This document shows, in pieces, positions 1 through 10,626 of a stretch of DNA of 64,000 nt. The position numbers and the translations under genes are program-made. The number at the start of each line of letters is the position of its first letter. The first letter of the stretch is position 1. Location of the stretch: assembly GCA_044222185.1 (NCBI GenBank), contig JBGANV010000003.1, positions 96,001 through 160,000 of the forward strand, written 5' to 3'. Origin of the DNA: Planctomycetota bacterium (GTDB lineage Bacteria; Planctomycetota; GCA-002687715; CAIWVZ01). The notes under the pieces are model-generated. The model did no database searches. It was not told where the DNA came from and saw nothing but the letters and a program-made list of their open reading frames with translations.

Positions 1-919
1 TTCCCTCGATTCCAAACAACGTCTCGACGATGAGGCTCCCGGTGATCAGCGCCGGAAGCGTGGCGACGACCAGGGCCACGACCGACGGAACGACGGCACG
101 CAGCACGTGGTGCCGTAGGATCCGCCGTTCGGAGAGGCCGCGCGCCCGAAGCGACGTCACGAACGGCGCGCCGAGGACTCCGATGGCCGCGCTCCTCACC
201 GATCGCACGACGACGGCGAGTGCCGGCTGCACGAGGAGTGCCACCGGAAGGACGAGGTGGTGAGCGGCGTCGAGCCACACGCGCGGCGCGAGCCACGACG
301 TGGTGCCCTGGGAGAGGTCGGCCCGCACGCTCGGGGCCAGGAGCCCGGTCAGGGGGAAGAGCCGCCACCACGCCGCCGAACAGAGGAACGTGACGAAGAG
401 CGTTCCGACCCATGGCTCGGGTGCGGCCGCAAGGACGACCACCGAGCCTTGAACCGTCGTGTCGATCACGCCCCCGCGTCTCGACGCGCACAGGATCCCG
501 AGCGGCGTGCCGATCAGGAACAATGCCAGGATGGCGAGCCCGACCACGAGAAGCGTCACCGGCAACCGCTCGCGCAGCAATGCCGTGATGGGCGTGCCAG
601 GCGCGATCGTCAACGACTCGCCGAAGTCCAGCCGAAGGACGCGCTGGAGCCAGTCGCCAAAACGCGTCGCCGTCACGCACTGGGGGAACCCGGCGCTCGC
701 GTCGAAGAACACGGGCGAATCCAGGCGGAAGAGTGCGCGCAGCCGCGCCGCCTCCTCGGGCATCAGGGCGTGCGGCCCCGCCGTCTCCGAGCTGCTGACG
801 GCGAGCGGCGCGAGCGTGCTGAGCAACGCGAAGCTGACGACGAGGATTCCCATGAGCCCCGCGAGGCCCGCGCCGATGCGGCGCAACGTCACCCGGGCCA
901 TGAACGAACGCCGCGTCAC
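1..919 (-). CDS. Peptide ABC transporter permease (OppB/DppB family), partial, runs off the left edge
   Basis: Not in the ORF track; translated by hand from GTG at 919, which overlaps the upstream stop (GTGA). Reads MTRRSFMARVTLRRIGAG...WLQRVLRLDFGESL...RERLPVTLL...LPALITGSLIVETLFGIEG; DFGES and GSxxVETxFxxxG are OppB motifs. Confidence 0.9.
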   Translation of the reverse strand, partial: MTRRSFMARVTLRRIGAGLAGLMGILVVSFALLSTLAPLAVSSSETAGPHALMPEEAARLRALFRLDSPVFFDASAGFPQCVTATRFGDWLQRVLRLDFGESLTIAPGTPITALLRERLPVTLLVVGLAILALFLIGTPLGILCASRRGGVIDTTVQGSVVVLAAAPEPWVGTLFVTFLCSAAWWRLFPLTGLLAPSVRADLSQGTTSWLAPRVWLDAAHHLVLPVALLVQPALAVVVRSVRSAAIGVLGAPFVTSLRARGLSERRILRHHVLRAVVPSVVALVVATLPALITGSLIVETLFGIEG

Positions 920-2724
920 TTCCATCCGGGAGGCGGGTCCTTGTCGAACAGCTCGCGCAGCACGAAGTCGTGATACCGGATCCCGAGATCGTGCACGCGC
1001 ACGTTGGCGAACTGGCGCGAGATCCCGAGCGTCGTCGCATTCGCGAAGAGGAACTGGGCGGGGGCCAGATCCCAGATCCGCTTGTGGATGGCTCGCCGGA
1101 TCTCGATGCGCCGTGCGGCGTCGAACGTGCCGGCGAGGGCGTCGAGGAGCCTGTCGACCTCCGCATCCGCGAATCCCGAGTAGTTGGCGCTGGATTCCAC
1201 GTGCGCCGTGCGCGAGTGCCAGGCATCCGCGAGGCCGGGTTCGACGGGTGCGTCGTCCCAGATCACGATGAACGCATCGAGGAGGTGGTTGGACGCCTTG
1301 GCCGTCAACGCGCCGAAACGAGCGACGGAAATGTCGACCTTCACTCCGACCTTGCGCGCCTCGTCCTGGAAAGTCTGTGGGACGACGATGAACAGCGGGT
1401 CGTCGGACTCCTGGCGCGAGATCGTGAATGCCAGTTTGCGCCCGTCCTTCTCCCGAGTGCCGTCCGGTCCGACACGCCAGCCGGCGTCGTCCAGGAGGCT
1501 CGCGGCGCGCGCGGGCGAGAACGGGCGAACCGCGATCGAGGGGTCGCTCCCGGGGTCACGCGGGTCCGCGGGCTGACAGAGCGGCCGCGCGAGCCCGTGG
1601 AACGTCGACCGCGCAATCGCGTCCAGCGGGAACAGGTGCGCGAGCGCCGTCCGGACCCGAACGTCCCCGAGGATCGGGTGCGGGAGCAGATGTTTGGGAT
1701 CGGCTGGGTCCAACATGTTCCAGGCGACGAGGCTGTACGTCGTCGCCATGTGGAAATGCGTGCGCCAGGCGGCCCGGCCGAATGCGACGTCAGACGGAAC
1801 GGCCGCGAATCGGTCGGCGGACAGGCCGGCGAGGTGAACTTCGCCGTTCAAAAGGCGGGTGAAATCCGCGGGACCTCGCGAGGGCTCGAATACGACGTCG
1901 TGAACGTAATGCGGGCGGATGGGAAACGGCGCAGCCTGGTACTCGTCGCGCAACACGAGCTCCAGCGAGCCGCCCTCGAACTTGGAGACGCGGTACGGTC
2001 CGCACGAGAGGTGCGTCGTGAGCTTGTTGAACGCGGCCGCATCGCCGGGGATCGCGTGCGCGGGAAGAACGGGGAACTCCAAGCCGACCGCGAGTACTCC
2101 CCGCTGCGACGGTGCCTTCCAGCGGACCTCGAGCTTGTCGTCAGCGAGCGCGCGCATGGAGTCGACGGCACTCCAGGCCGACGTGTCGCCATTCGTGCGG
2201 ATCCCGGGAGTCCGCATGAGGGCGAGCGTCCGCACGTAGTCGGCGGCCGTGACGGGCCGGTGGTCCTCCCACGTGATGTCCTTGCGCAGCGTCCACGTGT
2301 GCACGAGGTGATCCGCCGACTCGTCGGGAAACGCCACGGCTCCGTGGGGAACCACGCGAATTCCGCCTGATCCGACGTCCGGGTCCTCCATGAGGAGCGG
2401 CACCGACAGGAGGTACTTGTGGATCTTCCAGACGTCCGGCCTGCCGAGTTCGGCGTACGCATTGATCGACGCGGGCAGGGATCGCACCTGCACGAGCCTC
2501 CCGCCGACCCAGCCCTTGTGGAATGGGATGGTCGCGAGGTCGACGAGCCGGCTGCGATCCGGGTTCTCGGCGTTGGAGTCGGAAGGCGCACTCGCGGGCG
2601 CCGCCGGCGGTGGAACGACGACTGCCGTCCCCTCCCTCCCGCACGCCGCCAGGCATCCCACGACCAGTCCGATCGCGACCGAGGCGGCGAGGCGCGGGAG
2701 CCATCGGAGAGGGATGTGAGCCAA
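916..2724 (-). CDS. Peptide/nickel ABC substrate-binding lipoprotein (SBP family 5)
   Basis: C-terminal part of ORF 916..3390. Lipobox-like CLAAC, TWTLRKDITWEDHRPVTAADY, GPYRV, DVRVRTALAH, NYSGFADAEVDRLL. Start inferred at TTG 2724. Confidence 0.88.
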   Translation of the reverse strand: MAHIPLRWLPRLAASVAIGLVVGCLAACGREGTAVVVPPPAAPASAPSDSNAENPDRSRLVDLATIPFHKGWVGGRLVQVRSLPASINAYAELGRPDVWKIHKYLLSVPLLMEDPDVGSGGIRVVPHGAVAFPDESADHLVHTWTLRKDITWEDHRPVTAADYVRTLALMRTPGIRTNGDTSAWSAVDSMRALADDKLEVRWKAPSQRGVLAVGLEFPVLPAHAIPGDAAAFNKLTTHLSCGPYRVSKFEGGSLELVLRDEYQAAPFPIRPHYVHDVVFEPSRGPADFTRLLNGEVHLAGLSADRFAAVPSDVAFGRAAWRTHFHMATTYSLVAWNMLDPADPKHLLPHPILGDVRVRTALAHLFPLDAIARSTFHGLARPLCQPADPRDPGSDPSIAVRPFSPARAASLLDDAGWRVGPDGTREKDGRKLAFTISRQESDDPLFIVVPQTFQDEARKVGVKVDISVARFGALTAKASNHLLDAFIVIWDDAPVEPGLADAWHSRTAHVESSANYSGFADAEVDRLLDALAGTFDAARRIEIRRAIHKRIWDLAPAQFLFANATTLGISRQFANVRVHDLGIRYHDFVLRELFDKDPPPGWK

Positions 2725-2844
2725 GGCCCGGATCTCCTCCGCACCAGTCTGGGCGCGGGATCGGTGACAATGCCCGGAAGGCCCGGCGATGTCAACGTCC
2801 GATGGCCGTTTTGCCGGGCGCGGCTCCGCTAACATCCACGCCTC

Positions 2845-4488
2845 ATGTCGAGGAACCTGCTGCACAGCCGCGCCGCGTGGATGACGCTCGCCGGCGCCGT
2901 CCTGGGCGCAGCGATCCTCCATGCCGCTCTCGGGTTCTTCGAGAAGGCCACGTCGCCGCGTGCGGATCTCGTCCTCGGAAACGGGACGGAGCCCGAGTCG
3001 CTCGACCCCGCCGCGGCGAGCGGCACTCCCGAAGCACGCGTCGCGCGCGCCCTGTTCGAACCGCTCGTGATCCTCCACCCGAAGACGCTCACAATCATGC
3101 CCGGCGTCGCGCAGCGGTGGGAATCGTCCGCCGATGGCCGCACCTACACGTTCCACCTGCAACCGAGCGGGGCCTGGTCGGACGGCACTCCGTTGCGCGC
3201 GGGCGATGTGGCCTGGTCGCTGCTGCGCGTCCTCCGTCCCGAGACCGGCGCGCGCTACGCATCGAACCTCTTCGACGTTCGCGGAGCGCGTGCATTCGCG
3301 CGACCGGCGAAGGGCGTGCCGCGACCTGCCGAGGATTCGGTGGGAATCCAGGCCGTGGATCCGCTGACCTTGCGGATCGAGCTCGAGCACCCGTCACCGA
3401 GCTTCCTCCAGATCCTCTCCATGCCCGCGTTCTCGCCCGTCCCCCGCCACGTGGTCGAACGCGCCGGTGCGACGTGGACGAAAGCCGGCACGATCGTCGG
3501 CAACGGACCGTTCCGACTCGTCGAGCGCCGGCTCCGCGAACGACTCCGCCTGGAGCGGAACCCTCACTACTGGAACGCGAACTCCGTGGGCCTGCGCACC
3601 ATGGACATACTGGTCTCCGATTCGCTCGGGACGCTGCTCAACATGTTCTTCACCGGCGACGCCGACTGGGTGACGGACGTCCCCGCGTCACTCGTGTCGA
3701 CGCTGAAGCGCGATCACCCCGGCGAGTTCCGCGCGTCGCCCCTGCTGGGCACGTACTTCTTCCGCATCAACACCAGGCATGCGGTGCTCGGCAACCGGAA
3801 CATCCGCGAGGCCCTCGACCTCGCCCTTGACAAGGAGACCCTCGTCCGGGCAATCCACCATGGCGGCGAAGTTCCCGCGTGGACGCTCGTGCCCGCGACA
3901 CTGCCACAGTGGACGCCTCCCGACGTCCTGCGGTTCGACCCCTCGCGCGCGAAGGATCTGCTGCAGGCGGGCCTGCGCGAACTCGGCCTGATCGAGATGC
4001 CATCGTTCGAGCTTCTCTACAACACGAGCGAGCTGCATCAGTCGGTCGCCGAACTCGTGCAGATCCAGTGGCGCGACACGCTCGGGGTGACCTGCCGCCT
4101 CGCCCGCCAGGAGTGGAGCGCGGCCCGCGCGGCCATCCGCAAGCTCGACTACTCGGTTGCCCGTGGCGTGTGGCTCGCGGACTACGAGGACCCGTTGTCG
4201 TTCCTCGAGATCTTCACGACGACCGCAGGGAACAACCAGACCGGATTCAGCGATCCCCGCTTCGACGCGATCGTCGACGAACTCGCCAGGACCACGGCGG
4301 ACCCGGGCGCGCGACGCGCGCGGCTCCGCGAGGCCGAAGCGATTCTCATGCGGGCTCACGCCATCGTGCCCCTGTACCACTACGTCTCCTACAACCTCGT
4401 GCGCGCCGAGATCGGCGGGTTCGAGGACAATCTGCTCGACGTGCACTTCCCGCAATTCTTCACCCGGTCCGCGGGGCGCCCGCGTTGA
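2845..4488 (+). CDS. oppA: Oligopeptide ABC substrate-binding protein OppA
   Basis: NGTEPESLDP, WESSADGRTYTFHL, WSDGTPLRAGD, VGNGPF, W-ADYEDP-SFL, NNQTGFSDPRFD. Confidence 0.92.
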   Translation: MSRNLLHSRAAWMTLAGAVLGAAILHAALGFFEKATSPRADLVLGNGTEPESLDPAAASGTPEARVARALFEPLVILHPKTLTIMPGVAQRWESSADGRTYTFHLQPSGAWSDGTPLRAGDVAWSLLRVLRPETGARYASNLFDVRGARAFARPAKGVPRPAEDSVGIQAVDPLTLRIELEHPSPSFLQILSMPAFSPVPRHVVERAGATWTKAGTIVGNGPFRLVERRLRERLRLERNPHYWNANSVGLRTMDILVSDSLGTLLNMFFTGDADWVTDVPASLVSTLKRDHPGEFRASPLLGTYFFRINTRHAVLGNRNIREALDLALDKETLVRAIHHGGEVPAWTLVPATLPQWTPPDVLRFDPSRAKDLLQAGLRELGLIEMPSFELLYNTSELHQSVAELVQIQWRDTLGVTCRLARQEWSAARAAIRKLDYSVARGVWLADYEDPLSFLEIFTTTAGNNQTGFSDPRFDAIVDELARTTADPGARRARLREAEAILMRAHAIVPLYHYVSYNLVRAEIGGFEDNLLDVHFPQFFTRSAGRPR

Positions 4489-5501
4489 ACATCGCCCCGG
4501 GAACCCTTCTCACGCTCGCGCTCGCCGTCGTGGCCGTCGCCGCGTCGTTCGGGCTCGGGCGCGCTCTACGCGCGCGACGGCCCCTGATGGCGTTCCTCCT
4601 CCGCCGGCTCGGGCTCGTGGTGATCACCACGTGGACCGTCTTCACGATCTCGTTCGTGTTGATGCGCGCCGTCCCCGGCGGCCCCTTCGACACCGAAGTG
4701 GCGCTCGACCCGGAGATCCGCGCGCGCTTGCTTTCGCATTACGGCCTCGACCGTCCCGTGGCGGAGCAGTATCTCGACACGCTCGCGAACGCGCTGCGCC
4801 TCGATCTGGGACCATCGCTGAAGATGCCTGATTACACCGTGAACGACGTGCTGGCGGAGGGGTTCCCGTTGTCGGCCATGCTCGGCGTCGTCGCGCTCGG
4901 CCTCGCGTTGCTCATCGGAGTTCCGGCAGGTGTGATCGCAGCGGCCCGCCGCGGGCGATTCGCCGACCGGGTGCTGATGATCGGCGCCGTGACCGGCCTC
5001 GCCCTCCCGAACTTCGTGATCGCGGCCGCACTGCTCGTGCTGTTCAGCTTCAAGACCGGCTGGCTGCCCGCGGCCGGGCTCTCGACACCGCGACACCTCA
5101 TCCTTCCTGGCGTCTCGCTGGCCTTGCCGCTCGCGGCGACGATCGCGCGCCTCGTCCGCGCCGGGATGCTCGACCAACTCGGGCGGGATTACGTGCGCAC
5201 CGCACGGGCGAAGGGCTTGTCGCCGCTGCGCGTCCTCATGAGACACGCCCTTCCAGGCGCCCTGATGCCGGTCGTCGCCTACCTCGGGCCCGCGGCTGCT
5301 GCGACCTTGACGGGGTCCCTCGTCATCGAAGCGGTTTTCGCGCTCCCGGGGCTCGGCTCTCACTTCGTGCAGGCCGGGTTGAACCGCGACTACCCGCTGG
5401 CCATGGGCGCGGTGCTCGTCTACACGGTGCTCGTCTGCTCGATCAACGTGGGCGTCGACGCCTTGCACGGCGTGCTCGATCCGAGGGTGAAGATCGCATG
5501 A
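4485..5501 (+). CDS. oppB: Oligopeptide ABC permease OppB
   Basis: VPGGPF, LDLGPS, EAA-like loop DYVRTARAKGL, GSLVIEAVFALPGLG, NRDYP. TTG start overlaps the oppA stop; alternative ATG at 4587. Confidence 0.92.
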   Translation: MNIAPGTLLTLALAVVAVAASFGLGRALRARRPLMAFLLRRLGLVVITTWTVFTISFVLMRAVPGGPFDTEVALDPEIRARLLSHYGLDRPVAEQYLDTLANALRLDLGPSLKMPDYTVNDVLAEGFPLSAMLGVVALGLALLIGVPAGVIAAARRGRFADRVLMIGAVTGLALPNFVIAAALLVLFSFKTGWLPAAGLSTPRHLILPGVSLALPLAATIARLVRAGMLDQLGRDYVRTARAKGLSPLRVLMRHALPGALMPVVAYLGPAAAATLTGSLVIEAVFALPGLGSHFVQAGLNRDYPLAMGAVLVYTVLVCSINVGVDALHGVLDPRVKIA

Positions 5502-6514
5502 GCGCAACTGGGATCGGCGCGCAGGCCCCGGCGACCTCGCTGGCGCGCCTCGCATGGCGACGGATCGTCTCCGGCGTGGGCAACCGCGCGTGCCTGGCGA
5601 TCCTCGCGATCTTCATCGCGTCGTCCGCGCTGGCCCCGCTCGTGCCCCTCGCCGCCCCCGACGAACCTCGCGCCTCCGAGGCGTTTCGCGCACCGTCGTT
5701 CGCCGATGCCTGGCGACACGGGATGCCGGCGACGCGGTCCCAGGGGATCGACGGCGCAATGGACGGCCTTCGCCGCGCGATCTTCGGCGACGGTTTCATC
5801 GGACCTCTCCTCGGAACGGACGCGCTCGGGCGGTGCCTGCTCTCTCGGCTCGTGAACGGGTCGCGGATCACGTTGCTCGCCGCGGCGTGTGCCGCCGCCG
5901 TCAGCCTCGTCCTCGGCGTGCTCGTGGGCGCCACCGCCGGCTGGTGCCGGGGCCGCGTGGACCTCGTGTTGATGCGCGTCGTCGACGTCGTCGACTCGGT
6001 CCCGCTCGTCTTCATCGTCGTTTTCGTTCAGTCGTTCCTGCGCGGCATGCGCGGACCGGACTCGGCGCCCGGAAGCCAGATCTTCGTGTTCTTCGCGATC
6101 CTGGGCGCCATCACGTGGTTGACGATGGCCCGTTTGGTGCGAACGCAGGTCCTGTCGCTGCGTGAACAAGGCCTGGTCGAATCGGCGCGGGCGCTCGGGG
6201 CGAGTGAATGGTGGATCCTCGTGCGCCACGTGCTCCCGAACCTGTGGAGCGTGATCCTGGTGGGGCTCACGCTCACCATCCCGAGGATCATCCTCTTCGA
6301 GGCGTTCCTGTCGTTCCTCGGCCTCGGAGTCGAGGCGCCGAACGTGTCCCTCGGCATGCTGGCTCGCTCGGGACTCGACGCGGTCACCGCCATCGACATC
6401 CGTGCCTGGCTCGTGGCGTCCCCATCGGTCGCGCTTGCGATGCTGCTCTACGCCGTCAACTTCCTCGGCGACTCCGTCCGCGATGCCGTGGACCCGCGGG
6501 CCGGCGCGGACTGA
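5498..6514 (+). CDS. oppC: Oligopeptide ABC permease OppC
   Basis: LGTDALGR, ESARALGAS, RHVLPN, EAFLSFLGLG, NFLGDSVRDAVDPR. ATGA overlap with oppB. Confidence 0.92.
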   Translation: MSATGIGAQAPATSLARLAWRRIVSGVGNRACLAILAIFIASSALAPLVPLAAPDEPRASEAFRAPSFADAWRHGMPATRSQGIDGAMDGLRRAIFGDGFIGPLLGTDALGRCLLSRLVNGSRITLLAAACAAAVSLVLGVLVGATAGWCRGRVDLVLMRVVDVVDSVPLVFIVVFVQSFLRGMRGPDSAPGSQIFVFFAILGAITWLTMARLVRTQVLSLREQGLVESARALGASEWWILVRHVLPNLWSVILVGLTLTIPRIILFEAFLSFLGLGVEAPNVSLGMLARSGLDAVTAIDIRAWLVASPSVALAMLLYAVNFLGDSVRDAVDPRAGAD

Positions 6515-6532
6515 CCGCGACGGCCGATCGCG

Positions 6533-7189
6533 TCACGACTCGGCTCCCGAACGGTCGCTCGCGAGGATCGGCGCGTCCGGCGTCCCGTCCAGGACCAGGC
6601 GTTTCTCGTCGCCGCTCGGACCCCGGACCGTGTCCCACCGCAGCCTCCCCGAGATCGCGATGGTCTGCCCCACCCGCAGCGTGCCCTCCGTGTACCGGAT
6701 CCGGCGGTTGAAACCGAAGAAGGTCGTGGCCGACTCACCGTGGGCTGCCAGGAACTCCTCGAAGTGCGGCGGCGGATCGTTGAACGCTCCCGAATCGAAG
6801 CGGCTCGTGGATTCCAGCGCCACGGACGGAGTCGCCGCCATCTTCACGAGAACCTCCCCCGTGCCATCGCGCACGAGGAAGTCGACGCCATGACAGCGGT
6901 CGATCACGGTTCGCCAATGGGAATGCTTGCCCGAGCGGCGATGGACCTTCACGGCGACCTCCCAGTAGACGCAGGGTTGTCGGCCCAACGGGGACTGGAT
7001 CGGCGGGCCCACGGCGAGGATCTGGCCCACGAACCGGACCGGTTCGGTTCCCGTGGCGCTCCGGATCGGCACCAGGGGACGTTTCGCCAGTGCGCGGCGG
7101 ATCCGCGCATCCTCGTTGAAGAAGATGCCGATGAGGATCGCCGCGACGAACAGCGCCACGAAGAGGAAGAGGAAGATTCCAGGGTCCAT
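6533..7189 (-). CDS. Membrane-anchored GIDE-domain-like protein
   Basis: N-terminal TM helix, then SPLGRQPCVYW...W......GVDFLVRDGTG.VLV...RYTEGTLRVGQTIAISG, the pattern of bacterial GIDE-domain proteins. GAGG RBS. Confidence 0.65.
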   Translation of the reverse strand: MDPGIFLFLFVALFVAAILIGIFFNEDARIRRALAKRPLVPIRSATGTEPVRFVGQILAVGPPIQSPLGRQPCVYWEVAVKVHRRSGKHSHWRTVIDRCHGVDFLVRDGTGEVLVKMAATPSVALESTSRFDSGAFNDPPPHFEEFLAAHGESATTFFGFNRRIRYTEGTLRVGQTIAISGRLRWDTVRGPSGDEKRLVLDGTPDAPILASDRSGAES

Positions 7190-7296
7190 TCGGCCTCACG
7201 AATCGCTCCGGCTCCCGGAGCGGGCGGGTGGATCTTCATCGGCATCGCTGGATCCGGCAAGCGTGACGGCGCGGCGCTTGACGATAGAGTGCCGCC

Positions 7297-9062
<1,766 letters not shown>

Positions 9063-9075
9063 ACGGCCGCGCGCC

Positions 9076-9396
9076 TCAGCTGCGCGAGGCGAACTTCAAC
9101 CCGACGGTACCGGCGACGATCAGCGCGATGCAGACGACCCGCGCCGCATCCCTTGGCTCGTCGAGCACCACCATGCCGATGATCGCCGTGCCCGCGGCGC
9201 CGATGCCCGTCCACACCGCGTAGGCCGTGCTGATGGGCAGCGAGCGCACGGCGAATGCGAGGAACACGAGGCTCGCGACGTACGCGACGACCGTGACGGA
9301 TGCCGGGAGAAGGATCGTCATCCCGCGACTCGCCTTCAGCGCGATGGCCCAGGTGATTTCGAAGGCGGCCGCGATCAACAGGTAGAGCCACGGCAT
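9076..9396 (-). CDS. gdx: SMR family transporter, Gdx/SugE (guanidinium exporter) type
   Basis: 106 aa, four TM helices, MPWLYLLIAAAFEITWAIALK with the conserved E and W, LPISTAYAVWTGIG. GGAGG RBS. Confidence 0.85.
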   Translation of the reverse strand: MPWLYLLIAAAFEITWAIALKASRGMTILLPASVTVVAYVASLVFLAFAVRSLPISTAYAVWTGIGAAGTAIIGMVVLDEPRDAARVVCIALIVAGTVGLKFASRS

Positions 9397-9436
9397 GGAC
9401 GGAATCCTCCACGATTCGGTGAAACGGACGCGAGCG

Positions 9437-10510
9437 TCACAGATGACGTGCACGCAAGGTCTCGTGCGTCGCACGGAACCAGCCGTCGATGGCGAGCACG
9501 TTGGGATTCAACCGTGTCATGCGGCGCAGCTCGGCGAGGGCCGCGGGCTCGTCACGCAGGAACGTCAGGACCTCCACGAGCGCCTTGCCCGCATCGAGCA
9601 GGCGCGGAGCCTCGGCCGTCGCACGGACGAGCCGGTCGCGGGCGACCAGCAGACGCGAACCGTCGCCGTGGGGCGTACCGTCGTTTCCCAACGCTGCGAA
9701 CACCCCCGCCGAAAACAGCAGCTTGCCGCGCGATGGCCCTTGCGGTGACGCCTCGGCCCCAGCGGATGCACGCCGCTCGGCCTCGCGGACCCGTCCTGCG
9801 AACACGAGCGCGTCGCCCAGAAGGTCGTCGGCCTCCGGATCCCCGCTGGTCACGTCGAGGATGGCGATCACCTGCTTGTACTTGCGGAACTCCAGGTACA
9901 GCCGCGCATCGTCGAGCCTGCGGCGTCGGGCATCGCGCGAGTCTTTCGGGCCGAACGGATCGGGCTCGGACGCGCGTTGCGCACCGAACAGGTAGCGCGC
10001 CGTCTCGAAGTCCGCGGGACGAACGTAGAGCCCGATTCGCGACGTGTCCTTGTCCACGTCGAGCGTGTCGGTTCCGACCCAGAGCTTGGCGCCCATGAAC
10101 CGGAACTCCTTCACCCACTTCTGGGCCTCGCTCGGGTCGACGCAGGTGTGGACGCGCATCAGATCCCGCGGCGTATCCTCCGGCCCCTTCATCACGCGGG
10201 TACCCCGGTCGACCACGGGCCGGTGGCGGAGGGCCGCCTCGAACTTCGAACGGGGGATCACGCGCAACATGCAGTCGCAGGCGCTGCACCGCTTCAGCGC
10301 CGACAGGAACTCGTTCCAGCACGAAGGGCACGTGCGAACGGGCTCGTCCCGGTCGAAGAGATCGAGCAGCGGATCGATGAGCGGATCCCCCTCCTCGGGG
10401 ATCCTCGGTTCCAGGGCGTCGACGGAAAGCGGCGTCGCGCAGATCGGGCAGCGCCGGGTGCCCTCACGCACGTCGGTTTCGCACTTGGGGCATCGCGTCC
10501 GCAGAGCCAT
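9437..10510 (-). CDS. Hypothetical protein with two double zinc ribbons and a TPR-like helical C-terminus
   Basis: 3' part of ORF 9437..11443. CPKC..CPIC and CPSC..CSAC pairs, a GLYVRPADFETAR motif, and alanine-rich helical repeats. ATG at 10510. Confidence 0.75.
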   Translation of the reverse strand: MALRTRCPKCETDVREGTRRCPICATPLSVDALEPRIPEEGDPLIDPLLDLFDRDEPVRTCPSCWNEFLSALKRCSACDCMLRVIPRSKFEAALRHRPVVDRGTRVMKGPEDTPRDLMRVHTCVDPSEAQKWVKEFRFMGAKLWVGTDTLDVDKDTSRIGLYVRPADFETARYLFGAQRASEPDPFGPKDSRDARRRRLDDARLYLEFRKYKQVIAILDVTSGDPEADDLLGDALVFAGRVREAERRASAGAEASPQGPSRGKLLFSAGVFAALGNDGTPHGDGSRLLVARDRLVRATAEAPRLLDAGKALVEVLTFLRDEPAALAELRRMTRLNPNVLAIDGWFRATHETLRARHL

Positions 10511-10626
10511 GGGCGCGAAAGTTAGCACGGTGGATCGGGCCGCGTGGCGTGGCGCCGTCGTGCACCTACAATCCGCCCCACCCCGTTCGGCCACAGGTCG
10601 ATGAGTCCATCCCGCACATCTACTCG

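Noticed and set aside
2725-3390. N-terminal extension of ORF 916..3390
   Set aside because: Overlaps oppA on the other strand; the lipoprotein signal places the start near 2724.
9397-9480. Possible guanidine-II riboswitch (ACG-containing hairpins) upstream of gdx
   Set aside because: The ACG stems lie inside the upstream coding sequence and lack the paired ACGR tetraloop geometry.
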